Source of the DNA: Strigamia acuminata
Lineage: Eukaryota
Length of the DNA: 64,000 bases
Direction: 5' to 3'
Assembly (NCBI GenBank): GCA_949358305.1
Contig: OX442314.1
Span: 18,104,001-18,168,000, forward strand
A program made the position numbers and the translations under genes. Below the pieces are notes generated by a model, which saw only the letters and a list, made by a program, of their open reading frames with translations, was not told the origin of the DNA and searched no databases. Every line of letters begins with the position of its first letter. Position 1 is the first letter of the stretch. Positions 28,401 through 41,231 of this stretch are shown one piece after another.

Positions 28401-29925
28401 TAACGAGAAGAGACATGCAGAAGGGCCAGCTGCCGCTGCCCTTTTTCTCATCACGGAGTTCATCCCATAGAAATTTTTTTCCCCCTTTCTAGTTTTCCCC
28501 GTGAAATACTAGCCCCGATAGAATGGAGATAAATATGATTTAAACTACGGGAGATCTGAGCCCCTCTACTCGCACAACTCAGCAGGGCGCCTTGTTGAAG
28601 CGGGTTAGTTATGATGCGACGTCCAACAGGGAACATCGCCTACTCACCCTTGATGAGCACAATTTATTATTCTATTTAACCTTCCATCGTCAACCCTCGG
28701 AGGAATGTTGAGAAAGGATTCCTACGGGGCGACCACACGTCGGTCCCTTTGTGATTGTGCCAAAACAACATTCAGATTAATCGGCCATCATTTTAAGACA
28801 CTACGCAGATGTCTATGGCACATAAAATAAAGCAAAGGTCCATGCCATAAACAGATTATAAATGGAATAACATATTATTTGAATTTTCACTAAACACACC
28901 ATTTATCAAAATGACATTAATATTCTAAGCAACCTGCGTGAAATGAGTCGAGGAAATAAACATTAACCTATTTTTAAACAAAAATTATTTATTTTTGTAA
29001 ATTGCTGTCTTAAATTTGACTCGTTTTAACGTTATAAATAAACCTTGTTTTTCTTTCTAAGAAGATTGAAAATAAATAGTTTCATATTCGTAATTCGTAA
29101 ACATACAGTAATCTAATAGCTGCCATTAAAAATTCAACTTACGCACCGTCGTTTTATTCAGGAAACCATTTACACGCATATTTACTTACATGAGAACCCC
29201 AAAAGGATTTTATTATACACTTAAGTGTGTAATCCTCTAAGAAAAAATTATCATCACTTTATTTATGCCCCAAAAAAAAAGTAAAAAAAAAAAAGCAGAT
29301 TTCAATTACACAGCTAAGCCGAAAAAGATGGCAAAGTTAATTAACCGGATTTGTCACGTTTTCCTTTTGACACTTCCACCTGGTCTTTTCCCGTTCTATT
29401 TCTTTTATAATTTCTCACGCGTATAATTAAATTGCAATTTATCACGAATGCTTGAGCATAGCTACTACTCTTGAATATTTATAATACCCAAATCCGTATC
29501 ACGTGCATTTAGCTTAAACGATAAATAATAAGCCATCAGCAGGAGACTGCACACAAACAAGACATCCGTACAAATGAATCAAGACAATCTTTTTGTTTTT
29601 TCCCCTCAACTTCTGCAATGTTATTACCCGCCATTCATATGACTGGCGTTGCATGACCCTCAGGCGTCCTCATTACACACAGCAACAATAGTTTGTAACT
29701 TAGAAATTTTTTAAAAAGTGACACCTAATTAACTTTCATTCAATACGAATTAACACGACATCGTAAATGCACGAAAAACACGGAATTTAAAAAGTCCGCA
29801 ATGACCAAATATGGGAATCAAATGGACCTTTAGTTTACTTACAGCCACTTGATCGCACTTGTGCTTGTTACAAGAAAAATCAAGAATAAAAGAATCCGAG
29901 ATAACTCCGGCCGAGGCGTCGGCAT
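25469..29925 (-). CDS. WNT4: Wnt ligand, Wnt4 subfamily (5 exons)
   Basis: Exon 1 29925-29843 encodes a signal peptide ([28 protein letters not shown]). Later exons give [93 protein letters not shown] and [10 protein letters not shown], which are Wnt4-diagnostic. Confidence 0.92.
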
Positions 29926-30719
29926 GACTGCAAAAGGGGGTGGTTACTCCAAAAACAGGGTACAGGAGCCAGATGGCTGGCGCACAGTATGGGTGGCGCA
30001 CGTGGGTGCTTGGCACTGGACTGGGCTTTGATGAACATGGGAGGTTTCGCTCGCCTCGATGCACCAAGGGAAGGGGTAGGGGTGGGTGCAGCGTTCTGAT
30101 TGGTTGTTCATCGCAATCCATTTTCGTAATGTTGTAAATGAAGGGATTAAACTGTTTGTGTTTCGTGGCCGAATTGTTTGAAATTCACGTAAGCAAATTT
30201 GTAGAAAACAATTTTAACACGTGAAATTAATTTTTATTCAATTTTAAATCTATTTTTAAAAAATTAAATATGTTTTTTTTTTAAGGAAGCGGTTCTCTTT
30301 TTGCTTTTAAAATTTATTTCCTGAACTTACCTCCCTCCGAGCATGTCTAATTTACAAACAAGAATACTCCCAAGAGATGGCACCTAATCCTGGCTTGAAA
30401 ATGTTGATGTTTTGTCTTGCTGTTTTGTGCCGCCTATCCTTAGCAACTACCGGTATGCCAACTAATTTAAAAATAGATACAGGGTTTTCCTGCATACTGA
30501 GAAAAGAGATTGCGATTCTGCGAAAACTGTATATAATTCGACTCAGATTATTGGCTCTTATCAGTCGTCAATTGTATTTTTAGAAAGGTAAACTTCTTTA
30601 GATATTAATTTCCGAGTTAATAGTTAAGAAAATGTAGGTTAAGTCGACCTTAACGTAACAGATTATGAATCGAGAATTTATACGACTTTTATTTTTAGTT
30701 ACTGCGATTTTATATCGTA

Positions 30720-33700
30720 ATGTCGGGAGGGATATTTCCACAAAGTGATAATCAGGAAAATAATTTCACTCGCAGTCCACTTTTATGTTACTTGTGTAAT
30801 GAGTTATTGAAGGACCCGTGCCTTTTACAATGCTGTCATACATTCTGTTCTGAGTGTTTAAGCGGAAGGAGTAATGAATCGAAATTAATGTGCCCAATTT
30901 GCGGGTATTTATTTATTTATTTATTTTAAAAAAAATAAAAAAAAATTTATATACGTAATATTTTATGACATTTTATAATTTTTCCCTTTGTGTTGAATCA
31001 CAGGAAAAATACCATTCTCAAGGATAGTTCATCACTTCCTCCAACCGATCCTCTTCTTAGTTTCCTTATCGAGTCTTCAGTTGAGGAGTGGCCTCCGTGT
31101 TCTAATTGCGATACGGTATCGTAAATTGAGAAGACCGGAATTGGTAGATGACTAATGTTGTCTATGATTACAGGTGCACAGCGCGCATGATTCCGTGTCC
31201 ATGTTTTACTGCAACACATGCGGGCAAGCCCTGTGCGGCGCTTGCAGAGAAGACACGCATAAAGCTCGCATGTTTAGCAAACATGACATAATTCACATGT
31301 CTAAACGTACAAAAGATGTGTATAAAACATGCGGTATATTGAATCGACATTTTGCATTGTTAAAAAAAAACAAAAATATTTTTGTTTCTTATTAAAATAC
31401 ACCAGATCAACATGGAAAACCATACATCATGTTTTCAACATTAAATAAGGCGATGCTCTGTATTAATTGCTTTCGTGATATGGGCGTGTAAGTTAATAAG
31501 AAAAACAAAATTTAAAAAAAAATCTAAATGAGTTTTTAATTAATTTTCTCTGCCACTTTTAATTTTAGAGATGGCAGAGCTCACTGTATTGACCTCGAAT
31601 CCGCGTACAATGAAGAATGCAAAAAATTGGACTTAGCAGTTGTGGTACATCTAATTAAGAATGAGAGACTGAGATCTGTCTCCTTAAAATTAAAATATAT
31701 ATATCGATTTGCTAATTTTGTTTTCTTCTAGTCGATTCGAGACCTCCAGTTCTCAGTTCGTGATGGAATAGCATTATTTTGTAACTTATTGGATGAACTT
31801 AGCCACAATGCAGAATCAGAAAAAGAATCTATTCATAAATTGTGTCAATCTCTACAAGATATCATCATAAGTACGCGCCACTGCTTATTAGACGACATCC
31901 AAAGGTAAAAAGAAATAAAATCAAACTAATTTTATACGTAACAATTTTAATATGTATAACAATGCAACAATACAACAAAAACTTTTATAAAAAACATAAA
32001 TAAGTATAGTAGTTAACAAACAACGTTGATGTAAAGCTCAAATAACAAGATGATTGGATAAAACAAATTGACGTCGTCAGGGGAATTTCAAATCCAGAGC
32101 AATTTTTCTGATCCGTAAATTGACCTAGTGCTGTTCGGGGCCTGAGCCACCTTGCTTTCCCTCTGTACAGTCTAATCGGCAAGTTACTGCTGCAGATTCT
32201 ATGTCTTCATCGTAATGAGTCTCGTTTACTTTTTTGAGCCTGAAGATTTGAAGGTGAACCTTCGGGAAAAAAAAATATTTTTGCCATAAATTAAAAATTC
32301 ACCCAAAAATACATACAATTAGATAGATATTGCTAATTTTTCAAACTTACCAGTTGGCACCGACATCCATTGGATTCCCAATTGGTGTCACATGTTGCTT
32401 CAACACGGCTACTTGGAATGTAATTTTCGTAGGTCTTTGTTTTGAACCGGCAGTATTCCCGAACTTCTCTGTAGTTATTTATCTCCATCAAAAATTGGCT
32501 TAAATCGGGACGATCGTCAGTTAAAATTGTAATGTCGTTTTGGTGTGTCTCTTGAGCTTGACTAGAGGTTTTGCCCACTGGCAGCCCTTGACTAAAACAG
32601 ACAACCATCGCTAAGAAAATCATATGGAATGTAAACATATTGGTGATTTTCGGTGGGATTAATTAGTATAAATAATTGAAATGATGTGTAGTGTTATGAA
32701 AAGTTAGAGTTAATGATTATTTTAACTCGGAGACGTTAACTTTTATTAGGCTAATAGTGGAATTCCCTCGTGGCCCCGTCGAGCGAGGTGGAGGGGAAAT
32801 TTCATCATGTGAAAACCATGGTAGAGAATCGCATTCATTTTCATTTCAGAATTTCCCTACGTTGATCTGGGAGATGAGGGTGATTCATGCCATCTACAAG
32901 ACTTAAGTTCCGTCTTTGTTCTCTCCAATTAATTGACATTATGATTATAATACTACAACAGATTGATAAAACTAATTAATTATTATAAAATTAAATGTTT
33001 TTAATTTAAAAATATTGATTACAAAACGCAAATAATAAGTTTGCATATTATTAAATCAGACATTGAAGAAAATTTAACCCAAGTATTACAGAAACATAAC
33101 TTTATTAATCAATTTTTTTTAATGTTTTACAACAAATGTAGTATCGGTTTTAACAATCTTTATCGCAAATGTGACAGTTGACATTTTGTTGTTTATTTAC
33201 GAGTAATTATCGGGAATTTGTCGTGCCCTTCAAAGAAGCAACTTTTTTTAAAGTTTAATTTAATATGAAAATTATTAATAATGAAATGTTATTAGAAATA
33301 TTTATTTCTGTATAAAATTCCAATAATTTACGGGTAAAATCTCAAACCCACGCGATATTGAACGATTTGTCATTTTTAACGTGGGCTTAATGTAAACAAC
33401 TTTTCCCAAAGCTTTTACGCAAATCTCTACTTCCCGACAAATGTCAACAAACCCACGCCGTCTTGATTTTTCAGACAATATGACGTTAAGCAACAGTTGT
33501 TTTGTAAACAATTAGACAATTTGAGAGCACTTTTACCTACTATTCAAGTTCATTTAATCATTTGTACAACATTTTCGAGTTCAGCCAATAAATACGAATT
33601 TCTACATCACGGTTATGTGAGTGAGAAATTAAAAAAAATTAAATTAAATTAAATATTTTATAAAATAAAAAATAAAATATTTTAGACTCTGATGGACCGT

Positions 33701-35772
33701 CTAAGCGCAATAGCTCATATGTCATCGCCCCTGCGTCCCACTCGGAGTAGTGGAATTAAAACAAATTTTAAAAGTGAATTATCTAGGTAATAAATTACAT
33801 TTTCTTAATTTAGAAAATTAAATTAAAATATTCTGATTGCTTTCAAGGAACCTGAATCCACTCATTTCCGAGAAATCAGTCCATGACATGGGAATAGACG
33901 CAAAGAAGTAACATTTAACATTTTTTAAAAATTTTCATCAAAACAACTGTCAATAATTTTCCCACATGCTCTTCAGTTCTTTTAGAGTTTTTTCCCAAAA
34001 CTCCACATCTTCCTCGTCGTGTTATATGGCAAAGGCCACGAGCCAGCCCACTGCTAACACCTACGTTAGAAAACATGGAATTAACAATAACAAATTAAAG
34101 ACTGTAGATGTCAGCGGATGGTTCTCGGAACATTGCAAAAACTTTGATGCCGATCGCAGAGTGAGTTTATTTCCCGTTCTAATTAATTGTTTATTTCAGG
34201 GGTTCCCAAACTTTTTAGCATCGCGCCCCACTTTTTAAGCAAGGCGATCTTCTGCGCCCCACTCCATCTACCAGTGCATTAAATTTTTAAAAAATTTACT
34301 ACTAAAAAGAAAAAAAAGAAATTTTAACATAAATTTGCATAAAACTGTGTATAATTTTTTATATAATTTTATATAATTTTGGTTAAAAATTTATAAAAGT
34401 TTGCAAAATAAGCTTGTCTTATTTAGGCATGTATGATGGGTGCGCCCCACCAATAATCACCTCGCGCCTCACCGTTTGGGAAACCCTGGTTTATTTTATT
34501 TTACTCCGTATTTATTTATCTTTTACATCAGGAGCTGGAAGTACAATTTAGTAAAATAAAAGACCAGGTTCAAGAACTGCAACGAGACGTAACATTGCGA
34601 AAATGTCTTACAAAAAAAGAAAAGGTAAAAAAAAAATTAATTGATAAAATTAAAGCACTTCCTGTTGATTTATACCAGGTGATTGACATTGAAAACGAAT
34701 GCGCAGCACTACAAATCGACATTACTAAGCAATGCGAAGCGCTTGAGAATTTGAAATTTGTTTTGGAAAAAGTAAATTGTTGTTTACTTTAGATATTCCG
34801 ACTTAAATTTCATGCTAATTTATACCGTTTTATAATAAAAGAACTGGGAAGAACAATTACAGAGAATTGCAGTGGAGCAGGACATATATAATGGTAATTA
34901 CAAAGCAGCTTACACTATAATTACAGAGTTTCTGTCATCGGCAAACCTTGTTGCTCTCGTTTACAATTATTCAGCTCAAAACAATGACTTAGAAATACTT
35001 CTGTCTGACACTAAGTGTCTAGCTACGGTCAGTCGTCGATTGGAATCTTTCATTAAGTCAATTACCGCTATAGTTGAAAAGATTTCACCGCGGTAATGAA
35101 AAAGCAAAATACTAGCGACTACATTTTTTAAATGTTTATATACTGTATAATTTAATTGAAGCCTCAGGAAGAGTTTGCACGCGGATGATAGGAGTGAATG
35201 TATACAAGCCTTGCTTGAACAGATCAATACTCTTCAACCAGATTCTCAACAAAGGTTCGCTTTTTGAGTCTCGTCGAATTCCCACTAATTTTCTCGTTAT
35301 AGAGTGGATGCAATTCTGAGTCAGGAAGAACAAAAACAGAATAAATTTAGTGGTCCTTCCCCATTTGAGGAATCGCTTATACAAACTAAGGGAATGTTAA
35401 AAACGCCAATGAAGGATGGAATTCCCATTCGGAAAGACATAGATGGCACACCTTTAAGAAGTGGAACAGTATCTACTGTAGGTAATCATCATGGAGAGGG
35501 TAATTCCCATCTTCATGTGTGGGAGTTATGGGTCGGGTTACCGGATAGATAAAATGACAAATCGGGACAAACAAAACGAGGGGAAAAAAATCGGGACAAT
35601 TCTGTAGACGTTCCCGCCCAAATCGGGACAATTTATATAATCGTGTAATTTATTGTAGTTGTTATCATGTCATTCAGGTCGAGTGATGAATGAAAGTGAA
35701 GCAGCGCCTTTAAAAGAAAATCCTGCATTGATAAGCGTTGATAATTCTACGATTGTAAAGGAGGACGTGTAA
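30720..35772 (+). CDS. RNF207: RING finger protein 207 (RING, B-box, coiled coil; many exons)
   Basis: PLLCYLCNELLKDPCLLQCCHTFC RING, MFYCNTCGQALCGACREDTHKARMFSKHDI B-box, LLPTIQVHLIIC, FSEHCKNFD, QELQRDVTLRKCLTK, WEEQLQRIAVEQDIY and EQINTLQPDSQQRVDAI. Confidence 0.9.
32125..32638 (-). CDS. Secreted cystine-knot protein, IL-17-like; nested antisense in an RNF207 intron (exons 32638-32351 and 32259-32125)
   Basis: Signal peptide MFTFHMIFLAMVVCFSQG, then YCRFKTKTYENYIPSSRVEATC...GCRCQL|VHLQIFRLKKVNETHYDEDIESAAVTCRLDC. This follows the IL-17-like pattern of IP..xEAxC / CxxV..I.VL / V.CxC. The intron is canonical gtaagt...ag in phase 0. Confidence 0.7.
32758..32858. promoter_or_regulatory. Cluster of NF-kB/Rel-like sites upstream of the IL-17-like gene
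   Basis: GGGAATTCCA (minus, 32758-32767), GGGAAATTTC (plus, 32794-32803) and GGGAAATTCT (minus, 32848-32857), lying 120-220 bp upstream of the ATG. Confidence 0.6.
34197..34488. mobile_element. hAT-family MITE (292 bp) in an RNF207 intron
   Basis: TIRs CAGGGGTTCCCAAAC ... GTTTGGGAAACCCTG, a perfect 8-bp TSD GTTTATTT (34189-34196 and 34489-34496), and subterminal GCGCCCCAC repeats. Confidence 0.9.
35535..35632 (+). mobile_element. Degenerate DNA transposon end (hAT-Blackjack-like)
   Basis: GGGTTACCGGAT followed by three copies of AAATCGGGACAA in the last RNF207 intron. I found no second TIR. Confidence 0.4.
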
Positions 35773-36813
35773 TGAGTACATTTAGTGCGATTAAAGAAAA
35801 TTTTGAAAAAAAGTTTTGATATTTCTGTTTTTTTTTTTTGTTTTTTTTTCAAACGGAATTAGATGAAAAATACTAGGAAAATTAAATAAAATTACTGTAA
35901 TTTGCACCAAGATCGGATGTGTATTGCGTAACGAGCATGAGCAAGGATGTATATACGTATATCCTTGGGTGCACCGCTGCACATGTTCAGTGACAGTGGC
36001 TTGCGCCAAAACCGAGGCTAAAACACTACTACCACCTCTACCTGGTGATGATTTCAGACAGCTTCCGGAGCTGTGTTTACAGGAACCATTTTTAGATTTT
36101 TCTCGGAAAAACAATGAAACATTTGTATTTGTCGTGCAAAATTTCTGTTCTAAATTCTTTTTCAATATTTTCCAATTTCTACAGAAATATTTCAACAAAT
36201 CAAGAATTGTTTGCACATGCGCAGCATGAAGTTGGGCGTGTTCCAGAGTGTGAATGGGCGGAGATTTTTTTTCGTTGTGGTAGGTACCCGTACACGCAAC
36301 ACATACCGCATTCGGTAGGCATAATGTTTAGGATACGATAAAATAATTTAAAAATAATATTCGCCATTGTGGAATAAATGATCCATCTGGTTATGTATAA
36401 TTTATACGCGCCTAATATTCTAAATGAATTACAGATTGATCCCGCACACTACTCACGAGCACTTAGCAAGTAAAAAGAATGTTTGGAAATTTTCCCATCA
36501 ACTTAACCTACAGAAAGTCTTACCGGAAGAGAATAATGATAACAATGAAATTATCAACAAAACCACACAGCGCTCGGTTTGCAACCGTAAAAGCTGTTAA
36601 ATATTGCCACAGGAGCGCACTGCGTTGCAATGAAGCGCCAGATTCAAAAACTAAATAATAGGTAATTACGATTAGTGTTATGATATTCAGGCGCAATCAA
36701 TGAGAACTTTGTTTGGTGATATTAAAGTCAGTTAATTTAAATTAAGGTTTAACGAGGTCACTGTAATACAGGGCCAGTGGCCACTATAGTTAGCTTCCCT
36801 GCCCTGTCGCGTA

Positions 36814-37140
36814 TACAGGGTGAACCAGAGACCTACCCATTTTAAAAATGTAATTACTCTGTAACTAATTAAAATATTTATTTGAAACTAAAACCATTTT
36901 ACAGAGTCTAAAATGTCATTTTAAGTCTGGGAAATTATTTCACTCGCATGAGTGAAATAATTATTCCTTGTGAGCCAGAGAAACCTGTACATTTTTGTAC
37001 GCTTATTTCCCGGCGACCATTTTGACCAGAGTAGTGATCGTTGAGTGAAGCAATACCTCAACAATCACTACTCTAGTCTTTCAGTGGTCATGGAGAAATG
37101 GATGGCGCATCATCGTTTATTTATTGTTGAAATGTGTGTG
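36814..37140 (+). mobile_element. Truncated Tc1/mariner-superfamily element (5' end plus start of transposase)
   Basis: TA-CAGGGTG terminus, internal hairpins, and an ATG at 37090 encoding MEKWMAHHRLFIVEM, resembling the N-terminus of mariner-like transposases. The frame then decays. Confidence 0.65.
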
Positions 37141-40100
37141 CGGAGCCAAAAAAGAAATGTGACGCAAAAGCCATTTTAAAGGCATGTGGGTGAATTTGGC
37201 CATCGCACTTTTTTTTAAAAAAAAATATAGGAAAAGATAAAAAAAAGTTATGAATTTTAGTTGATAGCTCAAGGTGAAGAAATGTTTTAGAAATTTATAA
37301 CATTGCTCTATCTCAAAACCTAATGCTGCAATTCATGTTTTCCAAAAGCTTTCGGCCACATTCATCCCGTTTTACGGTAATTATTTATTCCATATAGTCA
37401 CAACTATTATTCTACAATAATCTTCCTTTCTTATTACATTAAAACAGATTGCTCCTTATTTATCTTTATGTAGATCCCCAAGAAAGGAAAGGGCTGCTCA
37501 GAAAATGGAAAATCAAAACAACCATAAAATCTAAAACAAGAAGCAAAGTATTTTTAAAATTTAAAAATTTCGACTTGTATTTAAAAAAAAAATTTCTATA
37601 ATTATTTCCTTTGTGTAGGCACTTCGAGATGATAATGCTGGAGTTGCATCCCTGAGGTAAAAAAACAATCTAATTCAAAATGTCGCCGCTCGTTATTGAT
37701 TCAACAGCTTCAGCGAAACGCCACAATTCCCAACACAGACACAAACCGTCTAGTGATCCCATTGAAGAGCGTTAAGAAATCAAAGTTCTAACAGCTACTT
37801 GTATAAGATGTAACAGAATACGGAGGAAAATTACTGAAATAATTGAGCTGAATGCTTTGCTGAATACTACCATTGAAACAGAATTACGTAGACGACGTAA
37901 AAAAAATGACCACTGAAAACGAATCGGAGGATGATGGAAAAATCGCAAAAAGCCATTCAGTTGCGATGTGCCAACGCAGAATCGTCCAGAAAAATTCGCT
38001 AATTCGACCAAAAGTATCGAATAATACGATTACAAAAGCGTTTTAAGGATTGACCCGATACGTCTACTGCTTCAACACACCGGAGCCAGAGTTTTTATAT
38101 GCGAGCAATGTGGGAAAATGTTCACTACCGACGTGTCCGCGACGAAAAATGAGCAAATAATGAGGCAAGCGGGACCGAAAGCAATGATTTGTTGTTTTTT
38201 AACCATGAAACTATTTCACAATCATTATTTAAAACAAGTAAAATCAAAAAAAAAAAAAAAATTTAATGCAAAAAGTTGAAACTTGTCGTCTCTGTTGCAT
38301 GTGTCATTCACTTTGATTAGGATTTTTAACAGATAAATTTATAATTTTTTGTCATGCATTCAATTAAGGTTGTTTACTTGATCTTGAAGCTTTATGCAGA
38401 GAGATGGGAGAGAGGTCAACAAGCAGTTTTGCAACGTATCTTGTGTTAATTGATAGGAGGAGAGTCGGTTGGTCATTGGCTGGCCTCTTGCCAAACACAA
38501 CCTGTTTGAGGAAGGAGGGTGCAACAAAAAATAGTGCCAGGTGAAATGGCACTAGACGTGAGACCACATCCATCCTCATCATTGACTTGAGTTTACACCA
38601 CATCTTAGCGCTGCTTAAACTTGTCCTTCGACGGAAATACAACAGCCGCGTGTGCGCGCGCACGCATTAATACACTCCGACTGGTCAAATTCCTTCTTAC
38701 GTCGCCGCACAATTAATTAACTATGAAACAAAGTCGTTCGTAAATTATCAGGTAAGTGACTAATACCTTTTTACTTACTTTAAGCATAATTTAGCAACAA
38801 ACAAGTGTCGAAATGACATGTTAATATTTGCAAATGCAAGCAAAACGCCACTAATGTGCCAAAACTCAAGGACAAACTCATTTTTTTCTTCTTACCAAAA
38901 CTGGACTACATCGTCTTCAATCCATTCTTCTCGAAAAAGCAAAAAAACACGATTTTTTTTTTTTAAATTTTTAAAAAAAAAATTTGCATGCATATCGCGC
39001 AATGGCCTCCAGACGCAAGGCGAGAAGGGAGGTCAAACTTTAGCTAATTCACTCGAAACTGAATGGAAAACTTCAATGGTTTTCTCAAACAGATCTGGCA
39101 AGCACTGCCTCTAGGGCATCAACCCAACATTTGGGTAACCCCAGTGTGAGAAACTCTTCCTTCCTTCCGTTTGGGAGCAGCGAACGAGCAATAACCCTTT
39201 GAGCCCACCGAGGAAGTGAAAGAGAAAGACGATGCGTGGGAGCAATCGGAGAAAGCATCGCAGGTGCACAAAACACCTGTGCCCAAACAGGACCAACCCC
39301 TTTCGACGCATCACCTGCATTTCTTCTTACTTTTTTTCTTTTTCTTTTCATCACGATTTTATAACACTCGCATGATTTTTTTTATATGAAAAAAATGAAA
39401 AAATGACACACCTGGCTGGAGGTCAAGCAGCCTGGGTCTCTTGTCTCCGCTTCGTCCCTCACCTAGCTTCCTTAATAGGAACAAATGACATCATAGGAGT
39501 AACAGGTCACTCAGCGCTTGTACGGCGGTTGGGCAAGAAAAGATTTGTTATGCAGCTCTTTTACATGCAAAACATGCACACTGACCTTGACAAAAGAATG
39601 ATAGAGTAGGAGACGCGTGTATTGGCCGAGTTCTAACGCAATCTTAGCTCATTTATATTTTTAAACATTTTCGAAAATAAAAATTGTTTTTGGCATGTTT
39701 TTATCTTCGGGAAAGGGCAAAGCGAGGCTCAATGTTTGAAATGTGATCCGTACTTCACTTTAATCTCAGTTCAGTGAAATGTGTTTTTCGAGTATTTGCA
39801 AACGTCCGCAAGGTCAATGTTAAGACATAACTCGTGGCCATTATCGGGTCTATTAAAAGTAGAAAATTATCTGCATCCAAGGACTGCACAAGGGTATAAT
39901 ATACTTGTGCCGTGCGTGTCACACGTTTCAATTCAAATTCAAAGGGGTGAGTCGAGTTGTTGAGTTCATACGACACGAGAGTTCGATGACATTTTCTTTT
40001 ATTCTAATCTTTTTTTTCTTCTTCTTCTTCCCCCGTTGCAATTAAATTCGTTGCTGATGCTATCGCTCACGTAGTTTTAGGTAATCGTTAGGATGTTGTT

Positions 40101-40294
40101 CCGTCTTTAATCCCACCTTTTACTTGTCTCCAATTAATCTTCTCTTCTTTCCCATAGCTTGTCGGCACAATCTCACGAATTTTCTACACTTTTTTTCTCC
40201 CTTTTTTTGATATAGTACAACAACCACAAAATTTTTTTTAAACAATATTTAATCCTCTTCAATTTTTTTTTTATTTATGCAAAAGGCAATCACG

Positions 40295-41231
40295 ATGAAG
40301 TCAGCAATGTTAACTTGTCTGCATTCAACTTGCCTATTTCTCTTTTTCATTCTCATCACTCAAGCAGAAGGAAACTTTACACCAAAAGAGCACAAGGTAA
40401 CAGGATTTAAAAAAAAAATTTGATTTTAAAAAAAAATAATAAATAATTGTCTTTGATTGTTCTTTCAAGGACCTTATTAAAATTTCAGTCCAACTTTCTT
40501 CTCATGAATATATTTTTTAATTTTAAAGGTGCACAACATAGTTTTATATCCCGACAAGCATTCGTGGTGCAAAGTGACTCCGATCAAGCAAGTTATCAGT
40601 CACACTGGCTGTCAAACAAAGGTAAATTAATTAATTAATTATAATATCAAGTTATAATTGTTTATAATTCCAGAATATTGACAACAACGTGTGCGTTGGT
40701 ACGTGTTTTTCTTTCTCGGTGCCCAAAACCATCCCTGAAACACCTGGTGATGACCAACTCCATTATTGCGACAGCTGTCAGTCGTCCGACTCAACTTGGA
40801 TTATAGTAAAGAATCGCTTGATAATGGAATTAATTAATCGAATTATCATTTTCTTAACGATCTTCTAGGTGAGTTTGGATTGTCCCGACGACATTAATCA
40901 GCCGAAAGTGGAGAAATCCGTGGAAATAATAGCAAACTGCTCGTGCACATCCTGCAAAGAGAAGCCACATCCTGATCCGCGTCCGCCGGACGAAGAAGAG
41001 GAAGATTACGAAGAAGATCAAGAGAATCTCAAACAAATGTATGACACACTCAAACACGTGGGGCATTTAGCAGGTCGGAAAAACTCAGCGCTCGCTAACA
41101 CACCTGGTCACGTGTCAACTAACAAGCACCTTGATCTTCTCGAAGAGGCTGAGGACAGTCAAGGGGAAGGAGAGATCGACGAAGAGACTTTTCGTCAGGT
41201 CAGAGCACAAATTAGTGCATTAAAACATTAA
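40295..41231 (+). CDS. NBL1: DAN-family BMP antagonist, NBL1/DAN-like (4 coding exons)
   Basis: Signal peptide, then VHNIVLYPDKHSWCKVTPIKQVISHTGCQTK|NIDNNVCVGTCFSFSVPKTIP...YCDSCQ...|VSLDCP...VEKSVEIIANCSCTSC, followed by an acidic tail. Confidence 0.92.

Noticed and set aside
29480..29655. Candidate Wnt4 first exon near 29.5-29.65 kb
   Set aside because: These frames hit stops. The exon at 29925-29843 gives a proper signal peptide, the KWL junction and the correct phase.
37620..38200. Coding-like fragments including a CEQCGKMF zinc-finger-like half motif
   Set aside because: Stops occur in all frames and the His pair is missing; too degraded to call.
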